A stretch of 63,028 bases of DNA, counting the filler, from Craspedostauros australis (Eukaryota): NCBI GenBank assembly GCA_030167865.1. It is 14 parts of 14 records of this genome, joined end to end, with 100 filler letters (N's around TTAATTAATTAA, not from the genome) between each part and the next. Parts side by side here need not be neighbours in the genome. Positions count along the whole stretch, not along the records: positions 45,867 to 47,380 come from JALAGF010000310.1; positions 47,481 to 50,061 come from JALAGF010000311.1; positions 50,162 to 51,598 come from JALAGF010000313.1; positions 51,699 to 55,689 come from JALAGF010000314.1; positions 55,790 to 58,142 come from JALAGF010000315.1; 9 more parts are not named here. The stretch is one strand, 5' to 3'. Position 1 is the stretch's first letter. Each line of letters begins with the position of its first letter. A model generated the notes under the pieces. That model did not search any database. It saw only the letters and a list, made by a program, of their open reading frames with translations, and was not told the origin of the DNA. This document shows positions 45,869-58,242 of the stretch, piece by piece. Both the position numbers and the translations under genes were made by a program.

Positions 45869-46411
45869 AGTTGGTATTCCGTGTCTTTCGCACGTTATCA
45901 GGAGGATGGTCTGTCCTTCAACCGGTTTTGACGCCGTTTGATGTTGAGGACAAAGCTGTATCAGATGATGATGTAACTGTAGTAGACTCGGGAGTAAGCT
46001 GTGAAGATTATTTCTGATTGCTTGTTTTATGTGTTAAGCTTACTGTTGATAAGACGATCGAGTAAAAAGGTGGGGTTCATGCTGTCATGCTTCAGCCGTT
46101 CTTTGTTGCGCAGCAGCATGCTGTGGTGGTTCTGCACACATACAGTCGTCCAGTATCATCACCCATAGAGCAGCAGCTGATCCATTCACATGGATATGCT
46201 TCAAGATAGGTGCATGTTCGGCAGGATGACGAGCTGGACAGGTGGCAGGGGTGCATGAGCTGGAGGGCGAGCAAAGCGTGGATTGTGGTTCAACTACACT
46301 TCGCGTGTGCGGTAGCCTTTCATCACAGTATCGGTTTTGGATACCGAATACCGTGTGCGCGGAATGGACAGTCAAGTCCCGGGTCAGTCCCGGAGGTAGT
46401 CTGTCCCAACT
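45869..46411 (-). mobile_element. 543-bp insertion element (redundant inverted copy of 47481-48023)
   Basis: Reverse complement of 47481-48023. TSD copy ACTCC (GGAGT on the minus strand) at 46412-46416. Confidence 0.8.
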
Positions 46412-47035
46412 ACTCCCATGGCTGGCAACGCTGCTTGGAGCATCGGACGCATGATATTGCCAGCCGCCATCTTGGTGAAGGTAGCACTGGCCAGCGGGTA
46501 TTCCAGGGTCTTCATGATAGTGGCATGCAGCGCCACCTTGGCTTGCCCTCGGAGCAACCCTCCCCTTCTTACCGCGTCTGCCCACTTGCAAGCCTTCTGG
46601 GTGTACATTCTTTCGTTGTCTTCCTGAGCCCCGTCGTGACGCACCATCACTCCTAACGCTTTGCGCGCTTGGTTGACTGAGAGGCGCTGCAGCTCTGATC
46701 TTTCTTCACTGTCGGGCTGCCTGATGCTGATGTTGCCTGGGACCTCAGTTTCCTGCTTGTATTCCCATGCTTTGCCATTCCACTTGAACGCCAACAGGTA
46801 CCAGTAACTCTTTCGCGGCTCCAGTGCTCCTCCCATTGCTCGGAGCACCCCTTCCCACATGTCAACCACTTGTTGCACTTCCTGTATGCACCCCGTTGAG
46901 TCCGTTGCGTCGGCTTGGATGGTGTGAATTATGTCAGTATCGTCGACGAATGAGAAGCATACCAATTGGGTTGATTCGCTGGTGATTGGGTGCTGCGATG
47001 AGAATCCGTAGCCTCGATCTGCCATGATCTTCATG
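46412..47035 (-). mobile_element. Non-LTR retrotransposon ORF2, reverse transcriptase C-terminal half (Ambal-like)
   Basis: CFSFVDDTD (YxDD-equivalent), WEGVLRAMGGALEPRKSYWYL, RKALGV, KTLEYPL. Confidence 0.85.
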
Positions 47036-47380
47036 TGTTGGCAAGTTCCGCTCACGGTAACCTACGATCGTGGAAGATGGTGTTGGTTGATAGTCGTCTG
47101 TTTGCTATTTCATTACTTGGNNNNNNNNNNNNNNNNNNNNNNNNNNNNNNNNNNNNNNNNNNNNNNNNNGCGCTTCAATCTGTTTCGTAGATTCAGTCTC
47201 CGACTATGAGTCGGTACGCGAGATCCTCTCTCGCTCCTCTCTGTATTCTCTCTCTCTCTCTCTCTTAGCATCGTGTGCTTGTGCTACACGATACTTCGTG
47301 TTCGATGCATACTCCGCATTCGACACTCCATTCATTCAGTACTGGCTCCTACTCCATGAGTACTTACCATTTGAAGTTCA
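47036..47380 (-). mobile_element. LTR family A, 3' end (..CTTGCCAACA on the minus strand) inserted into the LINE RT
   Basis: Matches 58374-58716; abruptly replaces RT coding sequence at 47036. Confidence 0.75.
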
Positions 47381-47480
47381 NNNNNNNNNNNNNNNNNNNN
47401 NNNNNNNNNNNNNNNNNNNNNNNNTTAATTAATTAANNNNNNNNNNNNNNNNNNNNNNNNNNNNNNNNNNNNNNNNNNNN

Positions 47481-48023
47481 AGTTGGGACAGACTACCTCC
47501 GGGACTGACCCGGGACTTGACTGTCCATTCCGCGCACACGGTATTCGGTATCCAAAACCGATACTGTGATGAAAGGCTACCGCACACGCGAAGTGTAGTT
47601 GAACCACAATCCACGCTTTGCTCGCCCTCCAGCTCATGCACCCCTGCCACCTGTCCAGCTCGTCATCCTGCCGAACATGCACCTATCTTGAAGCATATCC
47701 ATGTGAATGGATCAGCTGCTGCTCTATGGGTGATGATACTGGACGACTGTATGTGTGCAGAACCACCACAGCATGCTGCTGCGCAACAAAGAACGGCTGA
47801 AGCATGACAGCATGAACCCCACCTTTTTACTCGATCGTCTTATCAACAGTAAGCTTAACACATAAAACAAGCAATCAGAAATAATCTTCACAGCTTACTC
47901 CCGAGTCTACTACAGTTACATCATCATCTGATACAGCTTTGTCCTCAACATCAAACGGCGTCAAAACCGGTTGAAGGACAGACCATCCTCCTGATAACGT
48001 GCGAAAGACACGGAATACCAACT
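47481..48023 (+). mobile_element. 543-bp insertion with AGTTGG...CCAACT termini and 5-bp TSD GGAGT (probable solo LTR with non-canonical ends)
   Basis: Removing it plus one GGAGT restores the LINE frame ...AALPAMG-VQRNVSRALAFGP... Confidence 0.8.
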
Positions 48024-49977
48024 GGAGTGCAAAGAAACGTCTCCCGCGCACTGGCGTTTGGACCGCGACGACATCTGGGACTCGGAATTCCGCACATCTA
48101 TTACACTCAAGCCACACGACACATTGAAGAAATCGTCAAACACTGGAAGGGCGACACAATCACGGGCAAACTGATGCGAAATGCAATGAGCATCCTAGAA
48201 CTACAGGCGGGAATGGACCAAGTCTTCACCAGACAGCAGGACCAATGGAAAGGCGTCATCAATGAGTCTTGGATGCAATCCGTCTGGGCGGAACTAAACG
48301 ACCTGGGCCTAACGATGCACTTCGAGCACTCGGATCTGGCGACACCAAGGGAAGGCGACACCTTCATCATGGAGCATATGCTGCCCCTCGGCCTGCCCCA
48401 AGCAACGTTGCAAATGGTCAACCATTGCAGGATCGCAAAGCAAGTGCTATGGGTGTCGGACATCGCGAACGTGGAAGGAAACGCCATACTGCCAACCTCT
48501 GTTTCTCCAGGGCCAGCACCGTTCCGACGAAGCCGGATACAATGGCCCCCGGTCGGCGAGCCAACCACCAGGCAGTGGAAGGCGTGGGAGCAAGCCATCA
48601 GCCGATGCTTCCCGGCATCCCGAGGACCGACGCGACCGGTAGTCCCACCACTTGGCCACTGGCGAAGCTACACGTCGCAAGTCCCCCGATATATGAGAGA
48701 TCCTAGCACAGACAGAGTGACGCGTCAACACCGCACCGATATATACTACAGACGGATTCCCAGACGAGGACGACGAAAGGAGTATGTCGAAACGACAGGA
48801 ACGACGATGCCAGGCACGGACCCAGTGGATGAGTACTTCAATGGAAACAACATGGTGATATCGGGAAGTTTGCAGGGCATACACCCGGAGCCCCGATCAC
48901 ACACCGCAACTCTTCACGAAGTGATCCAGCAACTTCCCGAGGGCTCCGCGTGGGCGATCGAAAGATGGGAAATCTTGGGCGAGGAAAAGGTCCTAGGCAA
49001 AGCTTTACGAACCGGCACAATGGTAACTTGCAGCGACGGATCAGTGACGAATGACAAAGGAGCTGCGGGCGCCGTCATCACAGGTAACAGTCAAGGCGAA
49101 ACAACCAAACTGTGGGTAACGTGCCTGACGCCCCGAAGCAGTGACATAATGCAATCACATCGAGCCGAGCTGTCCGGTCTGTACAGCCTTATGGTGGCCA
49201 TCCAAAGTATCTGTATCTCGCAGAGAGTGGAGTCCGGTCACATCACAATTGGTTGCAACAGCACTGGAGTGTTCAAGGCGCTGGACGAGGATTGGCACCT
49301 GTCAGCTCAATCCACAGATGCGGACCTCATGAGGGCAACACGCAGCAAGATGAAGCAGCTCCCGGTGAGAGTCACAGGCCGGCATGTAAAAGGACATCAG
49401 GACAACGGGAAACCGTGGCAGGAGCTCGATGACTGGGCAAAGATGAATGTGGAAGCCAACAGGCTGGCCGGTGCTCAACGACGGACCGCTGGAGAATTCT
49501 TACCCTACGACGGCGTCATTGAAGGCGAGGAAGTACACCTTCGCAGGTGTATGAAGATAACCTCTGTGCGCTACGTGCACATAGCAGAGGAAGGTCTGGC
49601 CAACGAAGCCTTCGAAGTGATGCGACGGAGGAAGGTGATGAAGAACGCGGCAGGAATCAGTTGGAAAGCAGTCGGCAAAGCCGTTCGAAGCCTGGACCAC
49701 CCGAAAGCCACTCTAACATTCAAATTGGTGACGGGGGAAGCGGCCGTGGGACGCAGAATGAAGCAATGGGGTCACCGGCAATCAAGTCAGTGCCCGAGTT
49801 GCGACGCCGAGGAGACATTCTCGCACGTGTGGGAGTGTCCGGCTGAACATCGAGCGGCAGCAACGGCCAAACATATCACAGGCATTCGAATATGGATGAT
49901 GAAATACCTGACAAGTCCACAAGCCGCGAAAGAAATTGTGGCCATACTGACCAGTCAATTTGCCAGCACAGTACATC
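48024..49977 (+). mobile_element. Non-LTR retrotransposon ORF2 continuation: RNase H and C-terminal CCHC zinc finger (Ambal-like)
   Basis: GPRRHLGLG; RNase H motifs CSDGS, SHRAELSGL, HVKGHQD, MNVEANRLA; CPSC..EETFSHVWEC. Confidence 0.85.
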
Positions 49978-50061
49978 TGTCGAGATGTACATGTGAGTAT
50001 ATGTCAAGATGTACGTGTATATGTGCATCGTCCACCCGCTATTCTCTCATACGCACTTGGA
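49978..50061 (+). mobile_element. LTR family A, 5' end (TGTCGAGATG...) inserted into the LINE 3' region
   Basis: Matches the reverse complement of 59085-59166 and of 51699-51780. Confidence 0.8.
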
Positions 50062-51384
50062 NNNNNNNNNNNNNNNNNNNNNNNNNNNNNNNNNNNNNNN
50101 NNNNNTTAATTAATTAANNNNNNNNNNNNNNNNNNNNNNNNNNNNNNNNNNNNNNNNNNNNATCCTTCTCTTCTTCGAGTTCGCACACTCCGACACCACT
50201 TTTTCTGTGAGAACATCACCAACGAGAATCTCCGACTAGTATGACTATGACCGTCGCAGTTGATGAATGATCTTTTTGGCGCCAAAAGAAACACAAAGAA
50301 CCTGATCGATCACATGTTTGACACAGTTGATTCGAACTGTTCGTTCTGTGTTCTCATTGGTCCAACTTGTGTTCTCTCTTGTCTCACTTCATCACAGTGT
50401 TGTGTGTTGAGATGTGCCCAGTCCCACCAAATGTGTGTATCACGATCATCATTAGCTTCTTTCGTGGGAACTCCAAATCCAACTCTCGCCGAAAAAAGAG
50501 ATCTTTGAGAATCAATCCACACAACGAGAACAACAACGATGACGACGCCAAGGAGAGGCCAAGTGAAGGAGGGAACACCAAGATGGACGATGATCGCAAT
50601 TGCAATCGTAATCATTGCGAACCATGAGGCATCCCACGAGAAGTCCAGTCGGTGACATGCTTCGTTGAGTACCGAAGTTGAGTGGTGCGCGGTGGGTTGG
50701 ACGATCATGTTCCCAACAACTTTGGCCAGCAAGTCATCCACGCTTCTGATGATGATGATGACCCGCGCTTCCACTTGCCGATACTCCAGTACTCCCGTAC
50801 TCCACAAAGCATTGGGGGTGCCAATGCATCGGTCGTGGTTGAAGAACAGTGAGCACTTCACATGACCCATGACCCATGACCCATAACCCATGACAACGAA
50901 GAAGGAGAAGCGACAGCCTCCACACTCACTTCTCTCACACCCTTCATAACAGCACGTCTGCGAGTCAATGCACACTCACAGTTATCAGACGCTTCACCAT
51001 CGTCACTGCTGCTGCTGACGATCGCATCCCACCCTTGCGGCCAATGATGCCATCACCATGCTTCATTTTTCCAAAAGAAGATGAATTCCGTGGGACCTCC
51101 TGTGAGAAACCTATTATACTCCTTCCTACTCGTACGACCACAGCCATGAATGCGCACAGTGGTGGCTATCGCGATACATCCCAACATCATTGCATCATTG
51201 CAGTATTGCACCATGAGGCCTGCAACAGGCAACAGGCAACAGACACCGAGAAGAAGTGCTGCAATCTCCACCCTCTCTCCAACCTCTCATGAAACTGAAT
51301 CAGCCACAAACTGACACATCCAGCAACTAAAGCAGAAACTATAACACCAACCTAAGCAGCAACCTACAACAGCAACACCCAAAC

Positions 51385-51598
51385 ATGAAGCTCATCGCCA
51401 CCACCACCCTCATCTCCATGATGGCATCGGCCTTCACTCCATTCGCTGACGCTGCTGGATACACCTGCGGTGTCCATGCCCACTTCGGCATCGACAGCAA
51501 AGTCGATCATGCCTACAAGCCAACCATCGAGGAGATCCAACTTCTCTCGTCGCATGTTCATGAAGACCTTCCATGATGTGCACCCAGACCTCTCCTTT
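51385..51598 (+). pseudogene. 5' fragment of a signal-peptide-bearing protein (ASAF-like motif), frameshifted or truncated at gap
   Basis: MKLIATTTLISMMASAFTPFADAAG after a CA-rich leader. Stop at 51574-76; an alternative frame (MFMKTFHDVHPDLS) runs to the gap. Confidence 0.35.
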
Positions 51599-51698
51599 NN
51601 NNNNNNNNNNNNNNNNNNNNNNNNNNNNNNNNNNNNNNNNNNTTAATTAATTAANNNNNNNNNNNNNNNNNNNNNNNNNNNNNNNNNNNNNNNNNNNN

Positions 51699-51780
51699 CA
51701 AGTGCGTATGAGAGAATAGCGGGTGAACGATGCACATATACACGTACATCTTGACATATACTCACATGTACATCTCGACA
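51699..51780 (-). mobile_element. LTR family A, 5' end inserted into the Sola-like transposase
   Basis: Same TGTCGAGATGTACATGTGAG start on the minus strand at 51780. Confidence 0.8.
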
Positions 51781-54700
51781 TTCGCAGCCCAACCAGGCTC
51801 AGCCAATCGCGGGTGTTCTGTTGCTGCTGTGGTGTCCTGCAGCACAGTACTTACGTCAGGTGTCTCCAAGGCTGCCATGTTGATCGCTTCGAGGTACGTC
51901 AGCGCCTTGCTTTCGGTGGCACTCTTCGCGAACCTGAGGGTCTTTTTCTGCTTCTGCGATGATGTTGCTGTGAGCGGTTGTTGCGTCGATTGGTGTTCGT
52001 TGATGATGGGAACCTTGGAATTCATGACATCATAGTCTTCCCATTCAACTTCCTCCACATGCACAGGATCAGTGACATTTGAAGCCGCAAGCAAGTCTGC
52101 GTAGCCGTTTCCGTGTTGCATCTAGTGCGTTGATCGTACATTCATGCCCTTCGCACAGAACCTGTTGCGTGGATTTGTCTTGTGCATCACACAGCAACCT
52201 TCCAAACCTGATGCATCAACCAAGACGGTGGTAGTACCTCTGATATTTCCCATTTGCATTGCATCGAAAATTTCATGTTCAGTTTGAATCTTGCCACCAC
52301 TTTGCACGTAGGATCGTAGTATGATAGTGATGTAGGCAAAGTGAGTGTCGATTCGCCCTTTGCCTGTTTGGGCTTCTGTGTAGATCCAAACGACAAATTG
52401 GGGAAGTCCGTTGCGTGACGCATTCTTGTTGATCCGCGATGAGACGAGCGTGATGTGCTCATGGCTGGCGAAGCAGCCCGCGTTGTCCGACTGCAGGATG
52501 ATTTCTGTCACTGATGGCAGGAGATCGTGTACCTTCTTCTGGATGATTTTGAGAAGCCCACCAACTTGAAGTGTGTCTTGGGTTGGCTGGCCATGAACAA
52601 TTATGTCAACAAAGCGATATGTGAATTCGTCATCTTTGCAGGTGACAATCATAACACCAAGGAGCGACATGCCCTTCTTGCCCCAATACTCTGTCTGCGA
52701 TTCTCCTTGCGCCGTTGGCAGAATCCTCTGCTTATGGTCGATGACAACATAGGCGCACTTGTCATTGTTGTTGAGCTTGGCCTTGTACTTGTTCATCTGA
52801 TCAAATTGGACCTTTGCTCTCACTTGGTGTGCCATGTATGCAGTGATCTCATTGTTGAAGCCTGGTACCGCCTCCAGCATACTGCCTAATTCATCCTCAT
52901 GGTCGCCAAGATGATTGGCCTTGAGCGTCTTGATGAATGGTGCGACGCGAACATCCATGAATCGCATCGCTTCTCCACATCTGTCACATACTTTGCCTTG
53001 TTGATTGTGAGCGATGGGAGAAAGGGCATTGGTGTCACACTCTGTTGTTGCTGTAGGAGGATGAATGACCATGCATGTTGTATCGGTGCTGGCAGGAGCT
53101 GTTGTGGTGGTGGTGCTGAGTGTAGATTGAGCCTGTCGCGTTTTTGAATCTCAGCGAAGCACGAAATGAGCGCATTGCATGGGGTCTTCTTCACACTTGA
53201 TCTGCATGTGCAAAGCAGTATACTCCCACTTGAAGAATGTGATCATTAGGTCCAGATCGCGCACCAATATCTCACAGGTTTGAATATATTCAATTGTTGC
53301 ATCGTCGCGTGCGTCATCACCATTGAATGAATCCTCCAGGAGAGCGCTCAAGCGCACGAGCATCTCCTTCAACGTCTTCATTGCCATCCAGAAGTAGTTT
53401 TCAAAAGAGGAGAGACCAGTAACCACTTTGCCTCTGTGCGTGAGCAGTCCTGTCATTGATCGGAATGCTTGCTCGCCAACTGGGTTGTTCGTCGTAGTTT
53501 TGTACATTTGGAACAGTTCGCCCACGCTCGTTCCGCCATATTCGAATACTGGCACATTTTCAAATATCACCCCTCCCCACTTGATATTGTGACAAAGGCC
53601 CGCCTTGTATGTGGTTGTGTTGCTGATGAAGGACACCATGCCAGTCAAGCTGTAAGTGCTGATGCGATAGTTGTAGACAGCAGCACCAGCCATGTTGCCC
53701 TCGCGCAACAGCTTGTAGTAGTTGCGCAGAGTGAGGGGCTGGCCCTGCGTGACGGTGTATTGCTGCAGCAAGAGTCCAAGACGCTGAACGTCAGGAAGTT
53801 CGCCCTTGGATCAGGTGAGGAGGTTCGTGCACTGGCGTGGCGAGGCAGACATGGCGAGAATGCACCTTGCTGTTCGTGCGATGTTCTTCTCGCCGACGAG
53901 GCAAATCGTGTATAGGTTGGGAGCCAGCTTGACTGGCGGCAAGTCCACTCCTGCGCGCACGAACGCAACCACTTGCTCCATCTGCGGAACTGGCAAGGTC
54001 ATGGCTGGGATCAGTGCTTTCCACAGCGCATTGGAGGCCAATGCGAAGATCTTCTTTGCTTTGCTCCAAACTTGCTTGTCGGAATTGTGCCCCAACACAA
54101 ACCTGAAACGCGGCAAGTCGGCCAGCACAGTTGCAAGGTTCTTCACTCCGAGCTCTTGCAAAACCTCGTGGATGGTTTCAAACGCATCTCTCTTGTTCGT
54201 GTTGTGCTTGTTTTGGAATCTTCCTGCATTTGATTTCCTGCTCTTGATTCTGTTGCGTCCCTTGGGGCGGAAGGCTTCGTCGTCGCCAGCCTTGCAGCAT
54301 TGGATGCGCTTGCCTTTCTTTGCTGGTTGGATAGTCGGTGCGGGAAGGGGCGCGGGGAAAGCTGGAGGAGTCGGGACGCAGACTTTGACATGCACTTTTG
54401 TCCCAGCATTGGGGCCCTGTCCAAAGGCCTGCACTGTGACCTTGGAGGTGTCAAGAATCATGCCATTATCGGTGGTGATGTGCACACAGACGAAGAGCTT
54501 GTCGTTGGTTGCATGGAGTGTGCGATTTTGCTCGTGGTTGCCTAGGATCTCAACGTCACACTCGTTGTCGAAGGTCGCGCCTTCGAGCACAGGAGGGAGG
54601 AGCTTGTCTGTTGCAGAAGTTGGATTGTGCTGCTTACCATCCATATCCAATGGAGGCAAGAGCTTCTCAGCAGTAGATGGCGCGAAGAGTTCCTTGCGAT

Positions 54701-55550
54701 CAATCGGATTGGATGGGAAGGGACGCACGGATGGAGAGGATGGCAAGCGCTGCTTCTTGGAGGGAGAAGGATTGGCGTCCTTCGACGCAGCTTTCGTGGT
54801 AGAGACGGGCATGATGCTGATTGGTACTGAAGGGTGGATAGAGAAGACTAGGATTGATGGAAGTGAACTGAGCAGGAGGAGTGCAAGAAGGTGACAATAC
54901 AAGAACTACATGAACAAGCCACAAGCACAGCACACCACCGCAGAAAAGCAAAACTCGATTTGGCAGCAAAATGTGAGGAGATTTGTGACGTGTGACGAGA
55001 GTCAAATTTGAATTTGAGAATTAACATCTACTAACGGTTAGTTATTTCAAAAACGTGTTCGGACAGGCTGAACGATGACATCGCTGAAATGTCAAATTCC
55101 GTGCGCAACCCGTCAAAAAATTTCTCTCCCGAACGTGTCTGCGCACATTGTGTTGTTTGCATCGGAAAAGCTAATCAATCCCTTGCGATCATCACGGAGC
55201 ATTGTGCATATTCGACCAAGAGGACCGTAAATCTACAAAGGTGGATAAAAATTGAAATAAGACATTAAAGCAAAATCGGCGTCCACTATGATTCTTATAT
55301 TTTTCTCTAGTTTATGAATATGTGCGTGGTTTGGTTGAAATCCCCGTAAGTTGCCACCCCTCCAGGACCGACTGCAGGTCCCGTCACACAACCGGGTCCT
55401 ATGGCAATACATGTCCTCGTTCTGTGTAAGAGATCATTGTTGTACTTGCGTACGACTACGTGCATTGATGGAGGTGTCAGCCAATGTGTCATAGGACCCG
55501 GGTTCAACAGGATCGATGGATATTCCCCGATGATTCCAAATTGCTGCCTC
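51781..55550 (-). mobile_element. Sola3-like DNA transposon (5' portion); transposase pseudogene 54812->51781
   Basis: One frame of ~1000 codons with stops TGA 53811-13, TGA 53151-53 and TAG 52122-24. DDD-type motifs VIDHKQRILP..GESQTEYWGKKGMS, LQSDNAGCF, TEAQTGKGRIDTHF. The minus strand reads TTAA|GAGGCAGC at 55554-55543, matching the Sola3 TTAA target and GAG terminus as I recall them. Confidence 0.7.
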
Positions 55551-55789
55551 TTAAACTTCACACATCGATAGCCCTATGTGTGAGGACCCTACACAACCCT
55601 CAAGACCCCCCCCCTATCTCCTTTAGTTTATAAGTTATAAGAGGTTAAAGTTGGGTCATCGCGCCGGCCGGCCAAAAGATTTTCTCGCGNNNNNNNNNNN
55701 NNNNNNNNNNNNNNNNNNNNNNNNNNNNNNNNNTTAATTAATTAANNNNNNNNNNNNNNNNNNNNNNNNNNNNNNNNNNNNNNNNNNNN

Positions 55790-58142
55790 CTCCTGTTCTT
55801 GCATCATCTTCAGGGACCGCTGCAGTTGATGCCAGTGTTGCAGTTGGCGATGGCATCCCGATTCTAGATATTTTGGCTCCTGTTGTTGATGCTGGTGATC
55901 GTGGTGATGGCATTGCCTGCGTCTCTGTCCGTGTCTCTGTTTGTGTTCTGTGATGGGTGTCAACTGCCTGGGCTGGTAGGATCCATACAGGTGACCCCGC
56001 TGCTGCTATCCCCTCTGTCTGTGCCCTTACTCTTCCAATGTCTGAGCCTTCCACCAATGCTCCTGCTGGTGATCGTGGTGGCATTGTCTGCGTCTCTGTT
56101 TGTGTCCTGTGATGGGCATCAACTGCCTGGGTGGTAGGATCCATTGAGATGATGGGAGAATGCAACTTCTCCGGCTTCTTTCATCCATGTTAGGGCGTTG
56201 GTGCATGTACTGGTCTAAACCAGCTCCCACACCTACCACAACTGTTGCCACGGGACCTTGACAAGCTGATCTGCATGCCGACTGGCCAGCAACATCAACC
56301 AACGCTGCATCGAGGGAGATCTCCTTGTGCTCCCACCATTTGTTGCCATTTGGGGAGACGTCAACATTGACTTCAGGGACACCTGACAGGGGCACTTCTT
56401 TTGCGAGGTGGGACTTCCTCATTGCTTGGATTTCTTCATTGACATCTCCAAACAATCTGGATCTCTGTTGCAAGGTGTCCTCCCATGCCTTCTTTGCGTG
56501 CTTTGCCTCCACCTTGAGAGCCAGCTGAGACTCCATCATCTCAAACATTGCCCTCTGTATTTCAGTGCGATCTCTCATTAGTTCAGTACTGTCCATCAAG
56601 ACTGACATGAAGTCTTCAGTGGCAGTCAGGGTTGCTGTCTGATGACTGATTACAGAAACTGTGGGCGTGGCTTGTTGGCCATGCAGCCTTGGCTGCATTG
56701 CCGATGGTAGTTGTCCGTTGCTGTTGCGCAGACTGTCCCCTGTCAGCGTGGAGCAGCGACCTCCTAGGTTGATTGTGGATTGGGGTGTTGAGGGTGTCAT
56801 GTTGTTGCCAGCCATGGCAGCTGTGGTGCCGACAGTCGTGTTCCTTGTGCTCGTCATGGTGTTGTTGATGTTGTGGGTGGCAATGTCCGTGCTTCAGTTA
56901 GATGTGTTCGTTGCTTCTGTATTGCAATCCTGATGGCTTCTGTCACCATCTGTAAGGCCCAGACCATGGTATACAGAGAAGTGCTGGGTCACACCAACAT
57001 TGGTTGCGCCCTTCAAACGTACCAATATTGTAAGGATGTTGTGGGTGGCACCATCATTATCCCTCACAACATGATGAAGCCAGATCACTCCTCCCAATCT
57101 TCAGCATGGTGTGTCACAGAAGATGGTGTCAATTGGAAATGGCATTGGTACCAGCATGTCGGATCGAAATGACTCTGTGAAGTCTTCATTCCGAAACTGT
57201 TGCATATGGGCAGAACGTTTCTGGCCTGAGTCTGAGAATGGATGTCCCAACTTGTCAATGGGCATGTCGAAAATGCTTCTGCCATGACCGAAAGCGACTG
57301 GTGGTTTGCAGAGCAACATCAGGAACATCCAATGTACTCCATCCACTTTCCGACTTTTGATGGTGACCATAGCATCATTGCTGGCTGTGCATGAAGGCAT
57401 ATGGAAATCCACCACAACCATGCAATACCTTTCACCATGAGGTCTCCACACCTGGGTTTGTGGAAGACCTCAATGGTTTGACTCTGCTAATGAAACCTTG
57501 CAACTCATTCGGACTCCGATACCTAAAAAATGTGGCTAATCTTGCAGGGATAGGGCCATGAGGGGTGGTTGTAAATCTGCTTGAGCCTGGTTTGTTGGTA
57601 GTGCCAAAGTACGCAATGTCATTGTCGGAATCAGTGTCATCAATGTTGTCCGATGCTTTGTCATACCTATCCCATGCGCTGCTGCTGCTCTCATCTGTGT
57701 CATCGGTTCCAATAGAGGGCAGTGTCACCTTCATTTGATGCTTCATACATGCTGCCACGTGTCATTCGTCTGTTGGTGCCGTTCCTGTTGGTGCTGTTCC
57801 TGTTGGTTCCGCTCCTGGTGCTGTTGGTGTGGCTGTTGGTGGTGTTATAACTGGTTGCAGTGTTGGTATCATGATTGGAGGTTGCCAACTCAGCATCATT
57901 GACTGCTGGTTCAACCAAAGGACAGATGGTGGCACCAAGCCTATGGGTTGAGATCTCGTTCCGCTTGCCGTCCTCTGCATTGGATGATGAAGAGATGAAG
58001 GTCATATGTTGGAGTCATAGGAAAGAGAAAAAGAGATGAGAAGGCACCTGAATACAATCAGACGAGTTCATGATGGAGCTTTGATTATGTGGCTGGGCAT
58101 GCAGTACTTACGGTGAAACAAACCCTTCTTCACCAATGTCCG
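55790..58142 (-). pseudogene. CpG-eroded remnant of an unknown gene (probably TE-borne)
   Basis: ORFs 57101-57451, 56894-57097 and 56027-56857 share one frame separated by TGA stops. Strong CpG depletion. Internal duplication ~55890-55985 / 56065-56142. No recognisable domain. Confidence 0.45.
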
Positions 58143-58242
58143 NNNNNNNNNNNNNNNNNNNNNNNNNNNNNNNNNNNNNNNNNNNNTTAATTAATTAANN
58201 NNNNNNNNNNNNNNNNNNNNNNNNNNNNNNNNNNNNNNNNNN

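Noticed and set aside
45867..48025. Inverted duplication 45867-46411 vs 47481-48025
   Set aside because: Contig-end overlap at a repeat. The two contigs join into one LINE copy.
36186..53813. Selenocysteine or alternative genetic code for the many in-frame TGA codons in YR and Sola ORFs
   Set aside because: The stops are not at redox-Cys motifs, TAG/TAA stops also occur, and CGA->TGA decay explains them. Host genes use TGA as a normal stop.
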